A stretch of 64,000 bases of DNA from Naegleria gruberi. Lineage: Eukaryota. Where the stretch lies: NCBI GenBank assembly GCA_000004985.1, contig GG738861.1, one strand, 5' to 3'. Below, in pieces: positions 56,970-64,000 of the stretch (position 1 is the first letter of the stretch; every line of letters begins with the position of its first letter). The translations under genes were made by a program, and so were the position numbers. Below the pieces are notes generated by a model, which worked only from the letters and a program-made list of their open reading frames with translations, was not told the origin of the DNA and searched no databases.

Positions 56970-58609
56970 TTAGAAACCATCTCTCATTACATAATACTTT
57001 GAAGATGAAGAGTCCATCATGGCAATTGAAGGATTATTAATATGAGCTGCCTGTCTCTTCATTCTCCACTTTGAAACAAGTACAAAAACAATGGTAATGA
57101 CAGCTGCCAACAATAAACCACCAAACACAACTCCAATTGACACATAAAGCCATGTGAAATCTCTTTTTTCAGAGATTATATTTCCATCATTACTACTTGG
57201 ACTTCCAATAGTTGGATTACTGTAAGAGGGAGAAATAGGCATCATGAAAGCTGACACGTCAATATAATTAATGGCATTCTGATTTGCAAATAATTGAAAG
57301 TATGCTGTACGAGCCAATGTTTCATTATTGGAAATTGTAATACTTTTCATAGTTTTTGAAATTTCTACAACATTCTCATAATTTTGACTATTTGGAGTTT
57401 CAGATTTGAATGATTGATAGATTGTAAAGGTGGATGCATCCTTTCCAAATATTCTTGGAATTTTCAAAATAACTTGTTGACCAGCAGGTAAGGAAATTTG
57501 ATATAAATGTGAAATTCCATTAGAAATTGGTTCCAAATAGAGTTTTGAATTGTTTCTCAATGTAACTCCATGGGCAGTGTCCTCTCTCTCGTGATGTGGA
57601 GGTGGTGGAGTATTGTCAATGACACCACAAATTGTGACAAGTCTGCCAGAAATCACACTACTTGTCAGTTCACAAGTTTGTTCATTACAAACTAATTTTT
57701 GATCAGGTATCCAATAATCATTGACCCAAGTTGCAATACTCAAGGTATCTTCTTTGATATTAAATGACTTTCCATTTGTGGCATTGTAAAATGTGAAATT
57801 TGAATTGAAAGAAAAGACAACATTAAAAAAGCTTGGATCTGATGTGTTGGTTTTTGTTGAAAATAAATAGAGTGGTACATAATCATCATAATCCAACTTA
57901 ATTTTTGAATATTCCCCTTGCCTATTTTGTAAATTAACCGAATATGGAAAGTTAAAAATATCTTTAAATTCCATTTTTAGATTTTCATCCATTGGCGAAT
58001 ATTGTTGACGAAAATTCAAACTTCTCTTAAACTCAATCGTGTAAGGAACATCAAAATCAGCTCTAACATTCTCAAATGTCTTTCCCACCAATCCAAACAT
58101 GAGTGTCTTATTATTTCCAATATAATCTCTTTCCAAATTTAGAACAGTAAATGTAAATTCATTTCCTTTTTGAGAAAGAGCTTTAACTGGCACCACCGTT
58201 TGACTATCCTTAAATACGACACATCTATAACTTTTTGGATCCGTGTCCATCACATCCGTTCCTACAATTGCCATTGTAATATCAAGTGTTGGAATAGTTG
58301 CCATTTCTGGTATAAAACTTTTCGATAAATCCAATTGAAAAACATTGTAAATATTCATGGTATCATATGGTAGAAAGGGTAAATTTGAAACAACTCGTGG
58401 GAAGGAATTTGACACCAACTCGAGATTGTTAATTTTTGCCATTCCGCTCATGTTTGTAAATTTCACAATCATACTCGAGTCAACGCCAATTCCTGTTAAT
58501 GTAAATGAAGTAAATGATGTTTTTCTGATGGTAAAATATTCATCGAATGAGAAACCACAAACGGCGGACGCGAGAAGTGTCAAAATGAGAAGGTGTTTGA
58601 GTAGTGACA
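56970..58609 (-). CDS. Hypothetical type I membrane glycoprotein, 546 aa
   Basis: The ATG at 58609 is preceded by an A-run and followed by the signal peptide MSLLKHLLILTLLASAVCG. A single C-terminal TM is WLYVSIGVVFGGLLLAAVITIVFVLV. Many NxS/T sequons. Confidence 0.7.
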
Positions 58610-58748
58610 TTTTTTTAAATAACATTAAAAGGGGTTTCATAAAATCTTTGTAAAGCCAATAAGAAGGTTTAATTGGCAACAAGATCGATAATTGGAAATG
58701 TTACACGGAGTTTCGGCTAGAATAGTTTCGGTGAAACACGCAAAAAAA

Positions 58749-61491
58749 ATGAAAAGAAACAGTTCACCCACATGGCTCACAGCAGCATGCTTGTTGATTT
58801 TCTCATTGTTTGGCAGCTTCTGTTTAGTTTCTGCCACAGCAGTGAACGAAGGAATCTTTAAAAGCGAAACTAATATTCAGTTTCTTTCAGAATATTTTCA
58901 TGTGGAAACTAAACTTGCAGCAACAGGTAGAAGAAATGGCATGTATAATTTATTTACACAAAATGAGAAGAGAAGAGATATGAATAGGTTTCTTCATGAA
59001 TCTAATCCATTTCTTTTGAATGAACCTTTACTTTCGTCTACTTTAAATCATCAACGAAATATTCAACAAGAAGACGAAACTCAATTTTTCAGTGTCTTGT
59101 TGAAAGTGAAAGATATCCAAAAGTTTAAAAAGGAAAACACTAACTTGAATATCCAACCAATGGCCAAAAATGTAATTTCCACAAGAATGGACATGGATTC
59201 AATTCAATCCTTATTAGGAAAAGATTACATTGAATGGATTGGACAAATTGACCCAATTTTCAAGTTTGATATTCAAGATTTCATGGAAAATAAGCAAGAA
59301 ACAGTTGAATTGTTAATTCAGTTTGCAAGTGGCATTTCTAATGAAATGAAACGAATGATGGAAATATTCGAAACTCAATTTGGCGTTTCACTTTTAAGAA
59401 TTGAAAAGCAAAATCTCATGTTATTGACAGTGCCTAGAAGATATGCCCTCGGAGTTTCGTATGAAATTTCCAAAGATTCTTCAGTAATTTGGATCGAACC
59501 AAAACAAGAAATTTCACTCACCAACAAATTTTCCAAAAGTATCATTGATGATGGAAGTGAGAGAATTCAAGAACGTGTGAATTTTGGTGGATTGACAGGT
59601 GAAGGTGAAACAGTAACAGTGGTCGATGGATCTTTTGATGTCACTTCATGTTTCTTTGCTGATCCAAATGTTCCTGTCACTCAATTTAAAACCTACAAGG
59701 AAGGAATGAAGTTGACTTCACAACAAGTCAATTCACACAGAAAAATCAAAGCTTACTATGCATTTGTAGATAATAGAACAAGAGATAGTGATCATGGTTC
59801 ACATGTGGCTGGAAGTGTTGCAGGAAATTCCATTTATAGTAATAGTATTGGTGATACGTTAGTTTCTGATTATAATGGAATAGCTCCAGATTCAAAAATG
59901 GTATTTATTCAACTTGGATGTACATCACCAGTATGTATTTCAGAAAATGGTGAGAAATTTACTTCAAGTCCTGGTTCACTTTTTCCACCTTCTGATCCAT
60001 ATAATTTCTTTTCCTTCTCCAAGGAGATTGCCAATAGTAGAGTGCAAACGAATAGTTGGGGAGGAGGTAGTTCCTATAATTATTATGCCTCCTCTACGGA
60101 TGAGTACATTTTTAATAATAAGGATATGGTTACCTTGTTTGCAGCTGGTAATTCTGGAAGAAGTGGTTTTAAAACTATTGGAGGTCAAGCGCACGCCAAG
60201 AATGTTATCACTGTTGGAGCTAGTCATAATTCCTTTGGAGCACGTACAGTTCAGTATGCCAACTTGACATCCTCAACAAATTCAGTTGTGAGAGAGTATA
60301 TTGTGGCAGTTTTACAATGTTCTCCATATTCTACCAAGTACATTAATCAATGTACATATTTCAATGATTTGAACAATATTGTGGATGCATGTGATGAGAG
60401 TGGATATTGTGCTAAAGGAACTATGTCCGTTTCGACTGGATCTTGTGGATGTGCCATTGGAGGAGTTGGACAATTGTATTGTGGAAGATGTGTCTATCCG
60501 AGTCTTGCTGTTAAGGATATTCAACCTGATTCAGTGACCTCTTTCAGTAGTAGAGGACCAACTATGGATGGAAGAATTAAGCCAGATATTATGGCTCCAG
60601 GTGATCAAATTATTAGTGTGAGATCTTATCCGACTCTGGATGATGTTGGAACTCAATGTTCTCAAAGAAAAAACCTAATTGACCATGTTACTGCTAAACG
60701 GGGAACAAGCATGGCAACACCAACTTTAGGTAAGTTTAATTCACCATTCATATTTACATTATTCTATGATTTGTAAAGCTGGCTTGACTGCGATCGTTAG
60801 ACAATATTTCAGAGATGGATACTATGTGGATGGTGTGAAGAATGCAAAGATTGCATTTAATCCATCAGCATCACTTGTAAAAGCTACAATGATTAATTCT
60901 GCTGTTGATTTGGCATCTCTTTCTGAGGATACTCAATTTTTGGAAAAGCTAGCACCAAGAAATTGGAATTCCACTCGTTATCAAGGATTTGGTAAAGTTC
61001 AAATTGATAATGTGTTCCAATTTGGTAAAAGTGAAAGAAAATTGTGGATTGGAAGAACTGAAAACATTCAAAACATTGCACAATTATCAAATGTTGAGAC
61101 TGAATTTGGTGATCCAGTTCTTTCAAGTGTCGAGGATGAACATGTTTATTACATTGCTCCTACTAATGCTAATTTGCCAATGAAGAATGTTAAAATTACA
61201 CTAGTCTGGTCAGATTACCCTTCAAATCCTCTTAGTCGTCTCAATATTGTCAATAATCTTGACTTGGAGGTGAATGTTTTTAGAGATGTGATTTTTGGAA
61301 ATTCTCAATTGTATGGTCTTTCACAAGATAACATGGCCAGGGATACTTTGAATAATGTTGAACAAGTTTGGCTCGATAGTACTGATCACGGAGTGGTAAT
61401 TAGAGTTTATGCAGAGTATTTGTTTGTTCCACAAAGTTATTCACTCGTAGTTTCTGGAGATAATGTTTCCATGCACTTACTGAAAGAGTAA
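58749..61491 (+). CDS. Subtilisin-like serine peptidase (family S8), 897 aa, 2 exons
   Basis: join(58749..60729, 60779..61491), with a 49-nt GTAAGT...AAG intron in phase. Signal peptide: TAACLLIFSLFGSFCLVSA. Catalytic motifs: VTVVDGSFD (Asp), DHGSHVAGSVAG (His), LFAAGNSG (Asn), GTSMATPTL|AGLTAIV (Ser). Confidence 0.85.
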
Positions 61492-61540
61492 CTTGTAATT
61501 ATATCAATACACCATTTTGAACATTTAATCTAGATGAGTC

Positions 61541-63049
61541 TTATATAATTCTCTTTTTATTGAGCAATACATCTTCAGATGATTCAGTTCTTCCTCTCTT
61601 CAGGCTGCTGTTGCTGCAATGAGATTGGAGGAAGGTATCAAAACTGCTAATGGAAGGCAAAATTTGTTGTGAGGAGGAATGATATTGTACAGGGGAGGTT
61701 GTTGGCTTTTCATCAAAGAAGGTTGAAATATTTGGAAGAGATTGATGAGCTGATTGTGATCCAACATGGTGGCAGCAATTGGATGCTGAATGTTTTTGCT
61801 GAGAATAAGCCAAACCAGAAGAACCTGTAGGTTGTTGAGCTGGATAATATTGAACTTCACACTTTGCTTGATAGGAATAAGTATTTGCCAAATGATTCTG
61901 TTGAACTGTTTGATTGTAAGCTTGGAAAGCTCCCTTTGGTTGTGACTTATTCTTTGGACTTCCCATTAGAGTGGAATTTTGTTGCACATTGAATGAAATA
62001 TTGCTTGCTGTGGATGGGCTTGATAGGCTACATATGGAGCCATTATTCGGAGACAAGCATGCTGGATTCTTCTCGACGTTTCCTGTAATCTTGACAATTT
62101 TGTTTGGTTTCTTGTTTGGCTTATTGGTAGCCAATGGTGATGATTGCTGCTGCTGACCAACACAATTCGAATTATCCACAATGACCATTGAATTGCTGTG
62201 TGGCTGTGGTGTTGATCTGAACTTTTTCCTTTGTTGTGGTGGATAGCAGGTTAGTGGTGGACAACCCGTCTCAATAACAGAACACAACTGTTCAAAGTGA
62301 GAAGTAACTGTATTGAATTGGGTAACCTTCTTGGCATTGGTTTTTGGCCACCTGGACACACCCAATACATTCAAACGTTCCTTCAAATCCCTCCATGAAA
62401 CCTTCAGAGCAGTACAAGCATCTTGTCTCGTCAAGTGGTAATGTCTAGATATTTCCTCGAGTGTGAGTGAGGCAGCAATGTTTCTATAGCTCTCAGATGG
62501 ACATGGTCTCTTATACTTTTCCTTTGTGAGGCCATTGATATTGGTTGGACTTGGAGAGGAATCATCTGAGGAGGAGTTTGTGCAATACACTGTTTGATTG
62601 TAAGAATTAATTGTATTGTTATTGTTATTATTTTGAGTAGTATTAGTATTAATATTGGAAGTTGTTCTTGATGGAGAGGAGGTTGATTGTGAGTGATTAT
62701 TGTTATTATTATTATTATTATTGTTAACCATCTTTGTATGAATGACCATAGGACGAGCCTTAGTCGATGATGAATTAAAGTAATTATTATGAAGTGTATG
62801 AAAGGAAGCTTGAACTGAAGGTGTATTATTATTCACAACAACAGAATTAGTAGAAGGAGCCAACACTCCTTCAGCAGATTCAGAGCAGCACTGATTAGAA
62901 GAATTTACAGGACATGTAGAGTCATGGGAGGATGGTTGCTTAGTAGTATTGGTCTGTATTGGAATGACGGTATATTCTGGTCGATGAGAATGGTATTGCT
63001 GATTATAATTGTGGGCGAAGTGCAGCTGTTGTTGTGGATTGTTATTCAT
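61541..63049 (-). CDS. RWP-RK domain putative transcription factor with poly-Asn tracts, 502 aa
   Basis: LTLEEISRHYHLTRQDACTALKVSWRDLKERLNVLGVSRWPK matches the RWP-RK signature. The rest is low complexity (N9 run, S/Q-rich). Confidence 0.7.
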   Translation of the reverse strand: MNNNPQQQLHFAHNYNQQYHSHRPEYTVIPIQTNTTKQPSSHDSTCPVNSSNQCCSESAEGVLAPSTNSVVVNNNTPSVQASFHTLHNNYFNSSSTKARPMVIHTKMVNNNNNNNNNNHSQSTSSPSRTTSNINTNTTQNNNNNNTINSYNQTVYCTNSSSDDSSPSPTNINGLTKEKYKRPCPSESYRNIAASLTLEEISRHYHLTRQDACTALKVSWRDLKERLNVLGVSRWPKTNAKKVTQFNTVTSHFEQLCSVIETGCPPLTCYPPQQRKKFRSTPQPHSNSMVIVDNSNCVGQQQQSSPLATNKPNKKPNKIVKITGNVEKNPACLSPNNGSICSLSSPSTASNISFNVQQNSTLMGSPKNKSQPKGAFQAYNQTVQQNHLANTYSYQAKCEVQYYPAQQPTGSSGLAYSQQKHSASNCCHHVGSQSAHQSLPNISTFFDEKPTTSPVQYHSSSQQILPSISSFDTFLQSHCSNSSLKRGRTESSEDVLLNKKRII

Positions 63050-64000
63050 CTTGTATTGATGATGAGTATTATTAGGTTTATAATAATTATTGATTGGATG
63101 ATTGGATGGATGGTATTACTTATTAATTGAATAGGATCTTCTTAATAGTAGTTATATTCAAGCTGCTTATTGATCAGAGAATATCGAAATAATTAAGGTA
63201 GAGTTATCAATACAGAGAAGGTTCTATATATAATGTATCTTCTTCTTCTTGTTGTGTTGTGGTTGTTTTTTGTTGTGCGTGAGAGTACTTTACTTTATAG
63301 AGTGATGGGTAAACACAACAAAAGCAAAAACAAGCAGCCTTATTCAGATAAACAAGCAATGGTCTCTGCACTTAATAAATATCATCACCGCACCCGCCCT
63401 TTTTTGGGAACACACACACCACAAATACAAACACCCAAGGGAAAGCAAACATTTGCACAAGAAAGCAAAAGGAAAACAGTTTGAAAAACAAGGCAGCAGA
63501 AATAAGGGTAAAATAAAGTGGTTGGTTTTTGTTGATAAATATTACATGGATCGGATGATTAACAAATTTGAGAATGCAAACACATTTTGAGGAATATGTT
63601 ATTGAATACAAGATTCGATCAAGTCACCACTTGTATTGCCTTGATTTGATTTGGTTTTTTATTAAGGAATAATAATCAAATTTGTTGAAGAGAAGAATCG
63701 ATTCTTGAATAATCAAATAATGTTGGTTAGAATGCTCTTCTAGTAATGAGATTTGAAAGATTTCACATTAAAGAACTGACAGAATAAAGACAAGTATGTA
63801 TCGAATCATCCTCAAAAGCGTCTTTCCCACCATTAATAGTAAACAACCAACATTTACAATTGATAAACTTATTCGCCTTTAATGCTTTCTGAATATGGAA
63901 CACGTACAAGCTTTACATTAATACCCAAAATACGATTCACAAATATGAGAAAGTAATCCATTTTTGAACAATAGATACCTTAATATATAATTTGAATAAC

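Noticed and set aside
63050-64000. Short ORFs 63233..63484 and 63372..63611 at the window end
   Set aside because: They overlap each other on opposite strands and have no domain content. The region looks like AT-rich intergenic or promoter sequence of the RWP-RK gene.

Overview
This window is the left end of a chromosome from an AT-rich microbial eukaryote with the standard genetic code and short introns. It has a conventional actin, N/Q-rich low-complexity tracts and giant EGF-repeat proteins. An amoeboid protist (heterolobosean- or amoebozoan-like) is my guess, but the window cannot prove it.

Layout:
- 1-554: telomere, (CCCAAA)n.
- 555-31428: subtelomeric cluster with one telomere-truncated and three full-size giant cysteine-rich EGF / PKD-REJ-like surface-protein genes. 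The spacers are rich in repeats and TIR elements, and four assembly gaps fall in this region.
- 32.7-41.7 kb: inverted duplication of two actin genes that encode identical proteins. The 5.9-kb spacer carries a caspase-fold peptidase, an F-box/GTPase gene and an interrupted tRNA-Asp.
- 42-63 kb: ordinary genes, namely a beta-CASP MBL nuclease, a TM9SF protein, an SLC13-like permease, an actin-related protein, an S8 subtilase, an RWP-RK factor and several hypotheticals.

Most notable: both tRNA genes in the window (Asp-GUC and Gly-GCC) are physically split at exactly the same T-loop position. The insertions are 377 bp and 1334 bp, each flanked by a duplicated TTCAATT. They share homologous ends and a reiterated pseudo-T-arm motif. 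This looks like an undescribed insertion-element family specific for the T-loop / B-box, and no recognisable recombinase is encoded.

No prokaryote-type features (CRISPR, operons) are present. Many six-frame ORFs inside the EGF genes are out-of-frame artefacts.
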